A DNA stretch of 64,000 nucleotides from Candidatus Spyradosoma sp. (GTDB lineage Bacteria; Verrucomicrobiota; Verrucomicrobiia; Opitutales; UBA953). The translations under genes and the position numbers were made by a program. Shown in pieces: positions 8,899 through 19,813 of the stretch (the first letter of the stretch is position 1; each line of letters opens with the position of its first letter). Location of the stretch: assembly GCA_051884495.1 (NCBI GenBank), contig JBJEVQ010000009.1, positions 20,919-84,918 on the forward strand, given 5' to 3'. The notes under the pieces were generated by a model that worked only from the letters and a program-made list of their open reading frames with translations, did no database searches and was not told the origin of the DNA.

Positions 8899-10263
8899 AT
8901 GACGGCGGTGACATCGTTCTGCGGGCTGTGCCTGCTTCTGATAATCGGCAAATTTCTGCGGATGCGCTTTTCGCTTTTTCAGCGGCTGTATCTGCCCTCG
9001 TCGGTCATCGCCGGCGTCGTGGGGCTGTGCGTCGTGTTCTTCGGCGGCGAGCGCGTTCCCGCGGGCTGGTACGCGGGCTGGAGCGGCATTCCCTCGTTCC
9101 TGATCAACATCGTGTTCGCGGCGCTTTTTCTCGGCGTCTCCACGCCGGGGCTCAAAAAGATCTGGCGCGTCTCCGCCCCGCAGCTCTGCTACGGGCAGAT
9201 CGTCGCGTGGGGGCAATACGTGGTCGGCGCGCTCGTGGTGATGCTGATTCTGAACCCGCTGTTCGACGTCGGGTCCGCGTTCGCGGCGCTGATCGAAGTC
9301 GGCTTCGAGGGCGGGCACGGCACCGTCGCGGGGCTTTCGGACACGTTCGCGGAGCTCGGCTGGGCGCAGGGCAAGGACCTCGGCTTCACCGTGGCGACCG
9401 TCGGCATGATCGCGGGCGTCGTGCTCGGCATGTGGCTCATCAATCTCGGCGTGCGCTTCGGCTGGGTGAAGAACATCCGCTCGTTTTCCGAGCAGACGGA
9501 GAGCGAGCGCCGCGGCGTCTATCCGAAGGACGAATCGCCCTCCGCGGGCAGGCAGACCGTGTGCGCGGATTCGATCGACTCGCTCGCGCTGCACGTCGCG
9601 ATCGTCGGGATCGCCGTGCTCGTCGGCTACGGGATCAAGGAATTTCTCGGGCTGCTCGACGGCTTCGCGCCCGAGGCGGTGCGCGACCTGAAGGTGCTGA
9701 AAAGCTTTCCGCTGTTCCCGCTGTGCATGATCGGCGGGCTCGTCGTGCAGAACGCGCTGCGGTTTTTCCGGCTGGATCACCTGGTCGACCACGGGCTGAT
9801 GCAGCGGCTCGCGGGAACGGCGCTGGACTTTCTGGTGGTCGCCGCGGTGGCGTCGATCCGCATCGAGTTCGTCGCGGAAAACTGGATGCCGCTCGCGGTC
9901 ATCTGCCTCGCGGGCGTCGCGTGGAACGTGAGCGGCGTGCTCTTCCTGGCGCCGCGCCTTTTCAAGAACGCGTGGTTCGAGCGCGCGATCGCCGAGTACG
10001 GGCAGTCTTCCGGCGTCACGGCGACGGGGCTGCTCCTGCTGCGCACCGTCGATCCGGAGACGAAGACCGTCGCCGCCGAGGCGTTCGGCTACAAGCAGCT
10101 GCTGCACGAGCCCTTCATGGGCGGCGGCATCTGGACTTCGCTCGCCGTGCCGCTGCTGCTGACGCAGGGCTTTCCCGTCGTCGTGACGGTGAGCGGCTGC
10201 ATGATCGTGCTCTGGCTGCTCTTCTGGCGCTTCGTCCTGCGCCCCTCGAAGAAATACATCTGA
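8899..10263 (+). CDS. gltS: Sodium/glutamate symporter family protein (GltS-like)
   Basis: A polytopic membrane protein of 454 aa. The N-terminus LLLIIGKFLRMRFSLFQRLYLPSSVIAGVVGL resembles the start of GltS. Confidence 0.6.
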   Translation: MTAVTSFCGLCLLLIIGKFLRMRFSLFQRLYLPSSVIAGVVGLCVVFFGGERVPAGWYAGWSGIPSFLINIVFAALFLGVSTPGLKKIWRVSAPQLCYGQIVAWGQYVVGALVVMLILNPLFDVGSAFAALIEVGFEGGHGTVAGLSDTFAELGWAQGKDLGFTVATVGMIAGVVLGMWLINLGVRFGWVKNIRSFSEQTESERRGVYPKDESPSAGRQTVCADSIDSLALHVAIVGIAVLVGYGIKEFLGLLDGFAPEAVRDLKVLKSFPLFPLCMIGGLVVQNALRFFRLDHLVDHGLMQRLAGTALDFLVVAAVASIRIEFVAENWMPLAVICLAGVAWNVSGVLFLAPRLFKNAWFERAIAEYGQSSGVTATGLLLLRTVDPETKTVAAEAFGYKQLLHEPFMGGGIWTSLAVPLLLTQGFPVVVTVSGCMIVLWLLFWRFVLRPSKKYI

Positions 10264-10279
10264 AGAAAGGCGGCGCGCC

Positions 10280-11305
10280 GTGCCTGAAAAAGCGAAGGAA
10301 TTTCTGGATACGATCCTGCCCGCGGGAATCGCCGCGGAGCTCGTTCTCGCCGACGGGAACGCCGAAATCGAAAAAGGCGGCGGCACGCGGCGCTTCTTTC
10401 GCGCGCGCTTCCGCGGCGAGCCCGCCGTCGTCTGCGTGTACGACGACTCCAAGGCGGAAAATGCGCTCTACGCCGGAATCGCCGGCTTCCTCGCGCGCTT
10501 CGGCGTTCCCGCGCCGAAGATTTTTCTGCACGACGCGGCGGCGCGCGTGCTCGTCATGGAAGACCTCGGCGACGTCGATCTGTGGACGCTCCGCCGCGGG
10601 AACGATCCCGCCTGGCGCGACGCCTACCGCTCGGCGCTCGCGGGCGCGGCGCGGCTCCACCGCGAAGGGCTCGCCGCGCTCGGCGAAACCCCGATCATGC
10701 GCGACGGCTTCGACGCCGCCTACTACAAGTGGGAGCGCGATTACTTCCTGACCAACGCCGCCAAGGAGGCGCACCGGCTCTGCATCACCGGCATGGCGCG
10801 CGTCGAGCTCGAGCACGAGCTCGCGGGGCTCGCCGCGCGCCTGCTCGCGCTCCCGCCGCAGCTCGTCCACCGCGATTTCCAGTCGCAGAACGTCCTCTGG
10901 CGCGACGGCCGCGCGCGCTTCATCGACTTTCAGGGCATGCGCGTCGGCACCGGCTGGTACGACGCCGCGTCGCTGATCTTCGATCCCTACGTCGAGTTCT
11001 CCGACGCGGAGCGCGACGCGCTCTTCGACGACTACTGCGGCTTCGTCGGCGTTCCCGCCGCGGAAAAGGCGGAGGCGCGGCGCATGTTCTTCTGCGCCGC
11101 CGCGCAGCGGCTCATGCAGGCCTGCGGCGCGTATTTTTTCCTGTCGATGAAGATGGGAAAGCCGCGTTACCGCGCGTTCGCGCTCCCGGCGCTGGATCGC
11201 CTGAAACGCGTCGCCGACGCCGCGGGAACGCTCCCGAACCTGGCGATGCTCGCCGGGGAGCTCCGCTCCCGCGAACGCCGCCGCGCCGCCCTCGGCCTCG
11301 CCTGA
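10280..11305 (+). CDS. Aminoglycoside-phosphotransferase-fold kinase, AmgK-like (possible MurNAc/GlcNAc anomeric kinase)
   Basis: It has the catalytic loop HRDFQSQNVLW and the metal-binding segment IDFQGM typical of APH-fold or AmgK-type kinases. Confidence 0.55.
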   Translation: MPEKAKEFLDTILPAGIAAELVLADGNAEIEKGGGTRRFFRARFRGEPAVVCVYDDSKAENALYAGIAGFLARFGVPAPKIFLHDAAARVLVMEDLGDVDLWTLRRGNDPAWRDAYRSALAGAARLHREGLAALGETPIMRDGFDAAYYKWERDYFLTNAAKEAHRLCITGMARVELEHELAGLAARLLALPPQLVHRDFQSQNVLWRDGRARFIDFQGMRVGTGWYDAASLIFDPYVEFSDAERDALFDDYCGFVGVPAAEKAEARRMFFCAAAQRLMQACGAYFFLSMKMGKPRYRAFALPALDRLKRVADAAGTLPNLAMLAGELRSRERRRAALGLA

Positions 11306-11344
11306 AGCGGATCCCGCGCGCGTTCTCCGTGTCCCGACGGGGCC

Positions 11345-14300
11345 TCACAGGCGCTTCATCAGGGCGCGGAGCTCGCGGAGGCGCTTCAGCGGATCGAGCG
11401 ATTCCAGGCGCGGGAAATTCACGCCGACGCGCAGGTATTCGCCGTTGCGGCGGCGCGCCTTGACGACGCCCGCCTCCGTCGTCAGATCGACGACGCCGCG
11501 CTCCTCGGCGAGGCAGCGCAGCTCCGCGATTTCGCAGAACGCGCGCGCCGGCGGCGGCAGTTTCCCGAAGCGGTCCTCCATCGCCTCGGCGACCTCGCGG
11601 ACTTCCTCCGGCGTTCCCGCGAGGGCGAGGCGGCGGAAAACGTCGATGCGCACGCGCGCGTCCGCCACGTAGTCGGCGGGAACGGTGGCGACGATTTCCG
11701 CGCCCCTGTATTTTTCGTTCTGCGCGTCCTTGAGGATCTGGTAATCGGTGCGCGCGTCCTTGGCTCCGGATTCCGGCACCTGCGCGTAGTGCACGAAGTC
11801 GAGATTGATCTCCGCGCGGAAGATGCGCACCGGCTTTTCGCCCTTGAGGGCGGCGACGCTCTGCCGCAGCAGCCGGCAGTAGAGCTCGAAGCCCACGCCG
11901 GCGACGTGTCCGCTCTGCCGCAGCCCGAGAATGTTGCCCGCGCCGCGCAGCTCGAGGTCGCGCATCGCGATGCGGAAGCCCGCGCCGAGCTGGTTGAACT
12001 GGCGCATCGCCGCGAGCCGCTTCCGCGCGGCGTCCACGACGGAGCGGTGGCGGTGCAGCAGCAGATACGCGTACGCCTGGCGGTTGAAGCGCCCGACGCG
12101 CCCGCGCAGCTGGTAGAGCTGGCCGAGCCCGAAGCGGTCCGCCGCCTCGATGATGATCGTGTTGCAGTTCGGGATGTCCAGCCCGGTCTCGATGATCGTC
12201 GTGCACACGAGCACGTCGAACGTTCCCGCGACGAAATCCGTCATCACGCGCTCGAGATCGCGTTCGTCCATCTGCCCGTGCCCGACGGCGATCTTCGCCT
12301 CGGGGACGAGCCGCGCCAGCAGCTCCGCGACCTGGCATATCGTGTCCACGCGGTTGTGCAGATAGAACACCTGTCCGCCGCGCCCGAGCTCGTGCAGAAT
12401 CGCGTCCTTGACGAGCTTCGCGTCGTAGGTGCGCACGACGGTGCGGATCGGCAGGCGTTCGCGCGGCGCGGTCTCGATGACGCTCAGGTCGCGCGCGCCC
12501 ATCAGCGCGAGGTAGAGCGTGCGCGGAATCGGCGTCGCGCTCATCGCGAGCACGTCCACGTCCGTGCGCAGGCGCTTGATCTTCTCCTTCTGCTTCACGC
12601 CGAAGCGGTGCTCCTCGTCGATGACGAGCAGGCCGAGTTTCTTGAACTTCACGGACGAGGCGAGCAGCGCGTGCGTGCCGACGACGACGTCGAGCTCGCC
12701 GCGTTCGAGCTGGCCGCGGATCTCGCGCTGCTGCTTCGGCGAACGGAAGCGCGAAAGCATCTCGACGGAGACGGGATAGTGCGCGAAGCGGTCGCGGAAC
12801 GTATTGAAATGCTGCTGCGCGAGCACGGTCGTCGGCGCGAGCACGGCGACCTGGCGCCCGCTCAGCACCGCCTTGAACGCGGCGCGGATCGCGACTTCCG
12901 TCTTGCCGAAACCGACGTCGCCGCAGATGAGGCGGTCCATCGGCGAGGGGCGCTCCATGTCCTTCTTCGTCTCGGCGATGGCGCGCGCCTGGTCGGGCGT
13001 CTCCGCGAACGGGAACGCCTTTTCGAACTCGCGCATCCACGGCAGCTCGTCGTCGGGCAGCGCGGCGAAGCCGGGACGCGTCGTGCGCGTCGCCTGCACG
13101 TCGAGCAGCTCGGCGGCGAAATCGAGCGTCGCCTTCTCCGCGGCGCGGCGCGTCTTTTCCCAGGCGTTCCCGCCGATTTTTCCGAGCTTCGGCAGCGCCT
13201 TGCGCAGCCCGACGTAACGCGAGATCAGATGCGCCTCGCGGAACGGCACGCAGAGCGTCACCTTGTTCTCGAACTCGAGCGCGAGCATCTCCTCCTTCGC
13301 GCCGCCCGCGCGCTCGAACGCGCGTATGCCGCGGAAAACGCACACGCCGTGCTGCAGGTGGACGAGATAGTCGCCGTCCGCGAGCTCGTTGAAGTCGAGC
13401 AGCTGTTCGACCTGCGCCTTGTTCGGCAGCAGGCGGCGGCGCACCTGCGCGACGCGGCGGCGATGCCGGCCGAAGATCTCGCGCTCCGTCGCGACGACGA
13501 GCGTCTCCCGCGGCGAAGCGTCGGGAACGCCGCCGCTCCCCTGCCCGCGCGCGAGCCGGAAGCCCGCGCTCACGTTCCCGCGGAAGATCTCCGGCGAAAA
13601 TCTCTTCGAGACGGTTCCCGCGCCGCGCTCTTCGTCGAGGATCTCGCGCAGGCGCTCCTCCGCGCCCTCGCTCTCGCAGACGAGGCAGACGCGCTCGCCC
13701 GCCTTCGCCCAGCCGTCGAGAAAAAGCAGCACGCGCCGACGCAGCTCCTCCGCCTCGGCGAGCCGCTCGACGCCGAGCGCCGACGCGGAGAATTCGCCGT
13801 ACGCGAGCTCCTCCAGATCCTGCGTTTCGAGCGTCTCCGCCGCCGCGCGCGGGAACGCGTCCGCGAGCCACGCCGGAACCTCGTCGAACGCGGAAAAGCC
13901 GGCGACGCCGAAGCCGCGTTCCCGCGCCGCGCGCAGCAACTCCTCCGGCGGAGAGCCCGCGAAGGCTTCCGCCTCGGCGAAGATCAGCCGCGTTCCCGCG
14001 GGGAAATAGTCCGCCGGCGTTCCCGCGCGCGGCGACTCGTCCGCGGACGCGAGCGCGCCGGAAGCGACGGCGACGGATTCGAGCCGGCGCAGCGTGCGCT
14101 GCGTCGTCGGGTCGAACTCGCGGATCGCCTCGACTTCGTCGCCGAAGAAATCCACGCGCACGGGCGCGGAGGCGTTCAGCGGATAGACGTCGATGAGGCC
14201 GCCGCGCACGGAAAACTGCCCCGGCGCCTCGCACAGCGCCTCGTTGTCGTAATTGAATTCCGACGACAATTTTTCGCGCAGCGCGTCCATGGAGAATTTT

Positions 14301-14698
14301 TCGCCGACGCGCAGCGTGAGCTCGCGCGCGGCGAACGCGTCGGGCGCGGGAACGGGGCGGCGGAACGCTTCCGGCGTGCACGCGAGCAGCACGCGCTCGC
14401 CCGGGCGCGCGTTCTTCAGCGTCGCGAGCGCCGCGAGCAGGTCGCACTCGTTCTCGAAGCTCGCCTCGCCGACGGATTCGTCCGTCATGCGCGGCAGCCC
14501 GCAGACCGTGAAGCCGCCGCCGGAAAAATTCGCGGCGAAGAACGCGGCGTCCTCGGCGAGCACTTCCGCGCGCCCGAGATTCGCGGCGACGACGACGGAA
14601 AGCGGCGCGTCCCCGCGCGCGAGCTCGGAGACGACGAAGCCCGCCGACGCCGCGTTGACGCCGGAGAGAAAACGGAAAGGCTCCGCCGCGTCGCTCAT
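11345..14698 (-). CDS. mfd: Transcription-repair coupling factor Mfd
   Basis: 1117 aa with translocase motifs [22 protein letters not shown] and SATPIPRT, plus CarD-like and TRCF C-terminal regions. Confidence 0.92.
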   Translation of the reverse strand: MSDAAEPFRFLSGVNAASAGFVVSELARGDAPLSVVVAANLGRAEVLAEDAAFFAANFSGGGFTVCGLPRMTDESVGEASFENECDLLAALATLKNARPGERVLLACTPEAFRRPVPAPDAFAARELTLRVGEKFSMDALREKLSSEFNYDNEALCEAPGQFSVRGGLIDVYPLNASAPVRVDFFGDEVEAIREFDPTTQRTLRRLESVAVASGALASADESPRAGTPADYFPAGTRLIFAEAEAFAGSPPEELLRAARERGFGVAGFSAFDEVPAWLADAFPRAAAETLETQDLEELAYGEFSASALGVERLAEAEELRRRVLLFLDGWAKAGERVCLVCESEGAEERLREILDEERGAGTVSKRFSPEIFRGNVSAGFRLARGQGSGGVPDASPRETLVVATEREIFGRHRRRVAQVRRRLLPNKAQVEQLLDFNELADGDYLVHLQHGVCVFRGIRAFERAGGAKEEMLALEFENKVTLCVPFREAHLISRYVGLRKALPKLGKIGGNAWEKTRRAAEKATLDFAAELLDVQATRTTRPGFAALPDDELPWMREFEKAFPFAETPDQARAIAETKKDMERPSPMDRLICGDVGFGKTEVAIRAAFKAVLSGRQVAVLAPTTVLAQQHFNTFRDRFAHYPVSVEMLSRFRSPKQQREIRGQLERGELDVVVGTHALLASSVKFKKLGLLVIDEEHRFGVKQKEKIKRLRTDVDVLAMSATPIPRTLYLALMGARDLSVIETAPRERLPIRTVVRTYDAKLVKDAILHELGRGGQVFYLHNRVDTICQVAELLARLVPEAKIAVGHGQMDERDLERVMTDFVAGTFDVLVCTTIIETGLDIPNCNTIIIEAADRFGLGQLYQLRGRVGRFNRQAYAYLLLHRHRSVVDAARKRLAAMRQFNQLGAGFRIAMRDLELRGAGNILGLRQSGHVAGVGFELYCRLLRQSVAALKGEKPVRIFRAEINLDFVHYAQVPESGAKDARTDYQILKDAQNEKYRGAEIVATVPADYVADARVRIDVFRRLALAGTPEEVREVAEAMEDRFGKLPPPARAFCEIAELRCLAEERGVVDLTTEAGVVKARRRNGEYLRVGVNFPRLESLDPLKRLRELRALMKRL

Positions 14699-14759
14699 CG
14701 CGAGACCTCGGCGCGCGGGCGAAATTTTCGCCGCCGGATTTTCCGCGGGAACGGCGCGC

Positions 14760-15317
14760 TCACGCGGCGGGCGTTTCCGCGGAAGCCGTTTCCGCCGACG
14801 CGGGCTCCGGAGCGGGAGCGGACGCGGGCGGGAGGGTTTCCTGCGCGGGCTCCGGCGCGGGTTTTTCCGGCGCGGCGGCGGGAGCTTCGGCGGCGGGAAC
14901 GGGCACGCCCGCCGTCGCGAAGACGAGCTTGAACGATTCCGCGAGCTTCAGCGGAACGCCCTTCTCGAAGTCGAACGGGAAATTGCGCGCCTCGTCCGTC
15001 GTCCCCGCGAGCCCGCGGCGGGAACGCCCGATTTCCGCGCCCGTGCGGTCGAACGCCTGCAGCATGACGGTGCCCGAAAACGGCCGCGCGAAACGCACGT
15101 AGAGCGTCGCGCCCGAATCGTTCTTCGCGACGAGCACGCGGTCCACGAACGCGCCCGCGTTGCGGATCTCGTCCGCGACGTAGATCGGCCGCACGAGGGA
15201 ATCTTCGATGGAGGCCGTCGCCCGCAGCATCGGCGCGGAAAAATACCAGGCGCCGGCGGCGAAGCCGGCTCCGACGAGAATCACGACGGCGAGAACGGAG
15301 AGAAGGGTCTTTTTCAT
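14760..15317 (-). CDS. Hypothetical membrane-anchored protein with a Pro/Ala-rich C-terminal tail
   Basis: An N-terminal hydrophobic helix MKKTLLSVLAVVILVGAGFAAGAWYF is followed by a PAAEAPAAAPEKPAPEP tail. No family was recognised. Confidence 0.45.
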   Translation of the reverse strand: MKKTLLSVLAVVILVGAGFAAGAWYFSAPMLRATASIEDSLVRPIYVADEIRNAGAFVDRVLVAKNDSGATLYVRFARPFSGTVMLQAFDRTGAEIGRSRRGLAGTTDEARNFPFDFEKGVPLKLAESFKLVFATAGVPVPAAEAPAAAPEKPAPEPAQETLPPASAPAPEPASAETASAETPAA

Positions 15318-15434
15318 GGTGCGCGCATTCTCCCCCGCCCGTCCGCGAAAGTAAACGGAAAAAACGCGCGCGGCGGCGGGAACGGCGGGCGGAATCTTCC
15401 GGCGCGGAGCTTTTCCGGAGGGCGCCGCGCGCGG

Positions 15435-16253
15435 TCAGATTTTTTCGCCTCGGGCCCAGAGCGCGCGGAGCGAGAGCGCGTCGGAACGCTTGGCGAGGCG
15501 GCGGCCGTGTTCGTCGAGCACGAGCGGCGCGTGCGCCCACGCGGGAACGGCGGCGCCGAGCGCGCGGTAGATCAGAATCTGCCGCGCCGTCGATCTGAGC
15601 AGATCCGCGCCGCGCACGACTTCCGTGATGCCCATGCGGACGTCGTCGGCGACGACGGCGAGCTCGTACGCGGGAACGCCGTCGCGCCGCCACACGACGA
15701 AATCGCCGAAATCCTCGCCCGCGACGAAGCGCTGCGGCCCCCGGAGCTCGTCGAAAAATTCGATCGCCTCGCCGTCGGGCACGCGGAAGCGCCAGTTGAA
15801 GTCGCCCGGCGTGTCGAGCTCCGTCCCCGTTCCCGCGGGCGGGCGCCACTCGGGCGGGAAAATCGGTTCGGCGGTCTCGTCCTCGGCGTGCGGCGCGCGC
15901 GCGGCTGCGGCGACGTCCCTGCGGGAACGCCGGCAGGGATAAATCGCTCCGGCGTTCTTCAGGCGTTCCCAGATCTTCAGAAAATACGGAAAATTTTCGG
16001 ACTGCACGTAGGGCGCGCACGGGCCGCCGACGTCGGGGCCTTCGTCCCACTCGATTCCGAGGCGGCGCAGATCCTCGACCGCGGCGTCGGCGAACTCCTT
16101 TCTGCAGCGCTGCGCATCCAGATCCTCGATGCGCAGGACGAGCGTTCCCGCGGCTTCGCGGCAGCGACGCGCGGCGAGCGCGAACGTCCGCGCGTGTCCG
16201 AGATGGAGCAGCCCGGTCGGCGTCGGTGCGATTCTGCCGCGGTAGGAGGCCAT
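15435..16253 (-). CDS. gluQ: Glutamyl-Q tRNA(Asp) synthetase (truncated GluRS paralog)
   Basis: YRGRIAPTPTGLLHLGHARTF carries the class I HIGH motif. At 272 aa it has a catalytic domain only and no anticodon-binding domain. Confidence 0.75.
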   Translation of the reverse strand: MASYRGRIAPTPTGLLHLGHARTFALAARRCREAAGTLVLRIEDLDAQRCRKEFADAAVEDLRRLGIEWDEGPDVGGPCAPYVQSENFPYFLKIWERLKNAGAIYPCRRSRRDVAAAARAPHAEDETAEPIFPPEWRPPAGTGTELDTPGDFNWRFRVPDGEAIEFFDELRGPQRFVAGEDFGDFVVWRRDGVPAYELAVVADDVRMGITEVVRGADLLRSTARQILIYRALGAAVPAWAHAPLVLDEHGRRLAKRSDALSLRALWARGEKI

Positions 16254-16257
16254 GGCG

Positions 16258-16908
16258 TCAGCCGCGCGGCGGCGGCTCGCGGAAGGTGTAGGCGTGGCAG
16301 AGCGCGGCGGCGGCGGCGTCGGACTCGTCGAACGGGAGCGACTCGGCGAGGCGGAGGATCTGCTTCGTCATGCCCGCGACCTGCGCCTTGCCCGCGCGCC
16401 CGAAGCCGACGACCGCCTGCTTGATGCGCAGCGGCGGGTATTCGAAGACCGGGATGCCGATCACGTTCGCGGCGGCGATCGCCGCGCCGCGCGCCGCGCC
16501 CAGCACCTGCGCGACCTTGAAGTTGTTGACGTAGATCGTCTCTTCGAGCGAGACGTGGCGCACGGGATATTCGTAGCAGCAGTCCGAGCAGAGCTTGTAG
16601 ATTTCGCCGAGGCAGTCCGCGAACGGCAGCTCGCGGGCGAGCCGGAGCGTGCGCGAAAAATGCAGTCTGGGCTCGCTCCCGCGCGCGAACTCGACGACGG
16701 CGAAGCCGCTCCCGCGCAGGCTCGGATCGACGCCGAGCACGAAGCCCTCGAAGGGCGTCCGCGCGCCGGGAAGCGCCGGGGCGGAACGCGCGCGCGTTTT
16801 GCCTTCGGGGAGGCGATCGACGAGATTCGTGCGCGGCGAAGCGGCGTTCCCGCCGGGCTTGCCGCCGCCGAGGAGCTTCTGCGTCCAGAGACTGCGCGAG
16901 GTCGCCAT
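16258..16908 (-). CDS. ruvC: Holliday junction resolvase RuvC (start uncertain; about 55 aa of N-terminal extension in this ORF)
   Basis: VLGVDPSLRGSGFAVV, VFEYPPLRIKQAVVGFGRAGKAQV and ESDAAAAALCHAY align with RuvC catalytic regions. Confidence 0.8.
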   Translation of the reverse strand: MATSRSLWTQKLLGGGKPGGNAASPRTNLVDRLPEGKTRARSAPALPGARTPFEGFVLGVDPSLRGSGFAVVEFARGSEPRLHFSRTLRLARELPFADCLGEIYKLCSDCCYEYPVRHVSLEETIYVNNFKVAQVLGAARGAAIAAANVIGIPVFEYPPLRIKQAVVGFGRAGKAQVAGMTKQILRLAESLPFDESDAAAAALCHAYTFREPPPRG

Positions 16909-16971
16909 GTCTTTCTTCCCTTCGTGTAATTGAATTTCGGATGCGTTTCGCGCGCCGCGTTCCCGCCGCGC

Positions 16972-17892
16972 TCAGCGGACGCGCTCCGCCATCGCGCGGA
17001 TGATGCCGACGAGGAATTCCGTGTTCCCGCCGAGCTTTTCGCAGGCGGCGACGGCGCGCGCGGAAAGCTCCCGCGCGCGTTCACGCGATTTCTCCATGCC
17101 GTGGAAGCGCGGGTACGTCAGCTTGCGGTTGCCGACGTCGGCGCGCACGGGCTTGCCCATCGTCTCGGCGTCGCTCGTCTCGTCGAGCACGTCGTCGATG
17201 ATCTGAAAGGCGACGCCGACGTCGCGGCCGATTCCGCGCGCGGCGGCGACGGCTTCGGCGGGCGCGTTCCCGAGGCGGAATCCCATTTCCACGGCGGCGG
17301 AAATCAGCGCGGCGGTCTTGTTTTCGTGGATGAAGTCGAGGCGCTCGGCGGAGGCTTCGCCGCGCTCGCCGAGCATGTCCTCCACCTGGCCGCCGATGAG
17401 CCGGCGCGAGCCCGCGGCGTCGCCGAGCGCGCGGACGAGCGCGACGGCGAGCTCCGGCTTCGAGGCGTAGGCGTCGGCGAGCAGCGTCAGCGCGTGCGTG
17501 AGCAGCGCGTCTCCGGCGAGGAGCGCGAGCGGCTCGTCGAACTGCCTGTGGCAGGTGGGCTTGCCGCGGCGCAGGTCGGAATCGTCCATGCACGGCAGGT
17601 CGTCGTGAATCAGCGAATACGTGTGCAGGCACTCGATCGCGACGGCGGCGGGCAGCGGGTCGTTGTCGGACGGGAACGCCTCGAACGCGGCGAGCAGCAG
17701 CACCGGGCGGACGCGCTTGCCGCCGGCGCGCAGGCTGTAGAGCATCGCGCGGTGAATCGGCGCGGGGCGCGCGTCCTCCGCGGGAACGTGAATCGCGAAC
17801 GCGGCTTCGACGCGCGCGGCGCATTGTCTGATTTTTTCCGAAATCGTCATGTCCATTATGGAAGCACGAAACGCGCGGCTTGTGAACGGCAA
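16972..17892 (-). CDS. Polyprenyl diphosphate synthase (FPP/GGPP synthase family)
   Basis: Two Asp-rich motifs are present: LIHDDLPCMDDSDLRRG and FQIIDDVLD. Confidence 0.85.
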   Translation of the reverse strand: MPFTSRAFRASIMDMTISEKIRQCAARVEAAFAIHVPAEDARPAPIHRAMLYSLRAGGKRVRPVLLLAAFEAFPSDNDPLPAAVAIECLHTYSLIHDDLPCMDDSDLRRGKPTCHRQFDEPLALLAGDALLTHALTLLADAYASKPELAVALVRALGDAAGSRRLIGGQVEDMLGERGEASAERLDFIHENKTAALISAAVEMGFRLGNAPAEAVAAARGIGRDVGVAFQIIDDVLDETSDAETMGKPVRADVGNRKLTYPRFHGMEKSRERARELSARAVAACEKLGGNTEFLVGIIRAMAERVR

Positions 17893-17997
17893 AGCGCGCG
17901 AAAGCGGAAGCGGCGGGGCCGCGAGGCGGCGGCGCTTCGCCTCCTTCAGGAAAAAAATTTTGCCGTTCCCGCGAAAAAAGGTTGTGATGGCGCGACC

Positions 17998-18462
17998 ATG
18001 GCAAAAGTAGATTTGGACATTTTACAGCTCGTGCTCACGCGCAACAAGGTGGACGCGCGCATGACGGCGAAGATCATTTCCGAGATCCAGGAGGAGATCA
18101 AGCTCGAGCAGCTCGAGAACAAGGAGAACAAGGTTCCCGCCGCGAAGAAGAAGTTCGTCTTCGTCGCGTGCGATCCCGAAGGCGCGCTCGACGGCGTCGA
18201 GCTCACGGGCTACGTCGTGCAGATTCCCGAAGAGGACAGCGAGTTCACCGCGACCGAAAAGATCATCGTCGCCGCCTACGAATACAACCGCACGCGCAAA
18301 GGCCGCCGCAATCCCGTGAAGAGCATTTCCGAGGCGTGCGAGTTCGTGCCCGCCAAGTTCTTCAAGGACCAGAACGTCTGGGTGAAGAACAAGGAGGCGG
18401 CGTTCCTGCTGCCGACGGACAACGTGATCCCGACCGAAACCAAAGAAAAGTCCTTCGAGTGA
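17998..18462 (+). CDS. Hypothetical protein (154 aa)
   Basis: This is the ATG-initiated 3' part of the 510-aa ORF 16930..18462. Its upstream part is antisense to the polyprenyl synthase gene. A strong hairpin follows. No family was recognised. Confidence 0.5.
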   Translation: MAKVDLDILQLVLTRNKVDARMTAKIISEIQEEIKLEQLENKENKVPAAKKKFVFVACDPEGALDGVELTGYVVQIPEEDSEFTATEKIIVAAYEYNRTRKGRRNPVKSISEACEFVPAKFFKDQNVWVKNKEAAFLLPTDNVIPTETKEKSFE

Positions 18463-18488
18463 GCGCGCCGCGCGCTCCCGCGCGCCGA

Positions 18489-18540
18489 GACGCCGCGAAT
18501 GCCCGTATTTTAAAGGGATTCGCGGCGTCTTCGTCTTTCC
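18489..18540 (+). terminator. Hairpin terminator candidate after the 154-aa gene
   Basis: A perfect 12-bp stem GACGCCGCGAAT/ATTCGCGGCGTC (18489-18500 and 18518-18529) is followed by the T-rich TTCGTCTTTCC. Confidence 0.5.
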
Positions 18541-18752
18541 GGGCGGCGCGGATGCGGCGGAAACGGCGCCGCGGCGGGAACGCGCGCTTCAAGCACGAAG
18601 CGGCGCGGAGGACAAGCGTTTTTTTCGCCTCCGGAGCATTATTTTTTTGCGTTCCCGCAGAGGAAAACTGTTGACGCAATCGCCGTTCAAGCCTGTATTT
18701 ATCTGCGTTAACAAAACGTTAACGACCTAAAACAATACTTACCATCATAATT

Positions 18753-19040
18753 ATGAACAAAGGTGAACTCATCGAAAAAGTAAAAGCGAACCTCGGCGGA
18801 GATACCTCCAAAGCCGCCGCGGAACGCGCCGTCGAAGCCGTTCTTGACGCGATCAAGGCCGGCATCAAGGCGGACAAGGCCGTCCAGATCATCGGCTTCG
18901 GCACGTTCTCGGTCGCCGCGCGCGCGGCGCGTCAGGGCGTCAATCCGAAGACGAAGGAAAAGATCAAGATCAAGGCGTCGAAGTCGGTCAAATTCAAGGC
19001 CGGTTCCGCGCTGAAGGCGATCGCCGCCAAGACGAAATAA
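18753..19040 (+). CDS. hup: HU-family DNA-binding protein
   Basis: MNKGELIEKV...IIGFGTFSVAARAARQGVNPKTKEKIKI matches the HU/IHF fold signature. Length is 95 aa. Confidence 0.9.
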   Translation: MNKGELIEKVKANLGGDTSKAAAERAVEAVLDAIKAGIKADKAVQIIGFGTFSVAARAARQGVNPKTKEKIKIKASKSVKFKAGSALKAIAAKTK

Positions 19041-19067
19041 GCTTTACCGCTTGTTTTTTCCCCGAAA

Positions 19068-19097
19068 GGTCTGCCCGCTCGCCGGGCAGACCTTTTT
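19068..19097 (+). terminator. Rho-independent terminator of hup
   Basis: A 10-bp stem GGTCTGCCCG/CGGGCAGACC is followed by TTTTT. Confidence 0.75.
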
Positions 19098-19119
19098 CGC
19101 GTCCCCGCGGGAACGCCGT

Positions 19120-19800
19120 TCAGAGCGTGAAGCCGAAGAGGTCGCGGCCGAGCGCGTAGAGGTTCGGGAAGACGGCTTCCTGGTCGCCGACCGCCTCGAT
19201 CAGCGCCTCCGGCATGTGCGTGCCCGTGGCGACGCAGACGACCGGCATTCCCGCCGCGCGCGCGGCGCCGACGTCGAAGGGCGAATCGCCGACGAGCAGC
19301 GCGTTCTCGGGCGCGACGCCCGTCTTCGCGAGCACGTATTCGGAATACTCGCGGTCGGGCTTGCGCCAGGGCATGTCCGGCAGATTCGTGCCGAAGACGG
19401 CGTCGAGCAGCGGCGTCAGTTCGAGAAAGTCCAGAATCCGCGTCGTCGCCGAGAAATCCTTGTTCGTGAAGACGGCGGTCTTCAGCCCGCGCGCGCGCAG
19501 CTTCTTCAGGATCCACGCGGCGCCGTCGAGCGCGTACACGTCGTCGAGCATCACGTCGGGAAAATGTTCGCGGAAGAGCTTCACGCCCTCCGCCGCGAGC
19601 TCCTCGCCGATGAGCCGCGAGAGCGTGAGCGTGATCGAGCCGCCGACCGTCGCGCGCAGCGTCTCGTAGCTTTTCGGTTCGAGCCCGAGCCGCCGCGCGA
19701 CGTCCGCGTAGCAGCGGTAAATCGCGCTGAAATTGTCGATGAGAGTGCCGTCCAGGTCGAAGAAGACGGTCGAGGTCGCGGAAACGTCGAAGCTGCTCAT
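19120..19800 (-). CDS. HAD-superfamily hydrolase (phosphoglycolate phosphatase-like)
   Basis: Motif I is FFDLDGTLIDN. A distal motif VGDSPFDVGAARAAG is also present. Confidence 0.75.
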   Translation of the reverse strand: MSSFDVSATSTVFFDLDGTLIDNFSAIYRCYADVARRLGLEPKSYETLRATVGGSITLTLSRLIGEELAAEGVKLFREHFPDVMLDDVYALDGAAWILKKLRARGLKTAVFTNKDFSATTRILDFLELTPLLDAVFGTNLPDMPWRKPDREYSEYVLAKTGVAPENALLVGDSPFDVGAARAAGMPVVCVATGTHMPEALIEAVGDQEAVFPNLYALGRDLFGFTL

Positions 19801-19813
19801 GGGAATCAGTAAA

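Noticed and set aside
8928-10751. A 607-aa plus-strand ORF overlapping the gltS-like and kinase genes in another frame
   Set aside because: Its translation is Arg/Ala-rich. The alternative frames give a coherent polytopic transporter and a kinase with catalytic motifs.
11112-14932. Very long ORFs overlapping mfd (11112..14447 minus, 1111 aa; 11789..14932 plus, 1047 aa)
   Set aside because: Their translations are Arg/Ala/Gly/Pro-rich and low in complexity, which is typical of shadow frames in high-GC DNA. The mfd frame has clear conserved motifs.
16930-17997. The N-terminal 356 codons of the listed 510-aa ORF 16930..18462
   Set aside because: This part is antisense to the polyprenyl synthase gene and is Arg/Gly/Ala-rich. 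Only the segment from the ATG at 17998 looks like real coding sequence.
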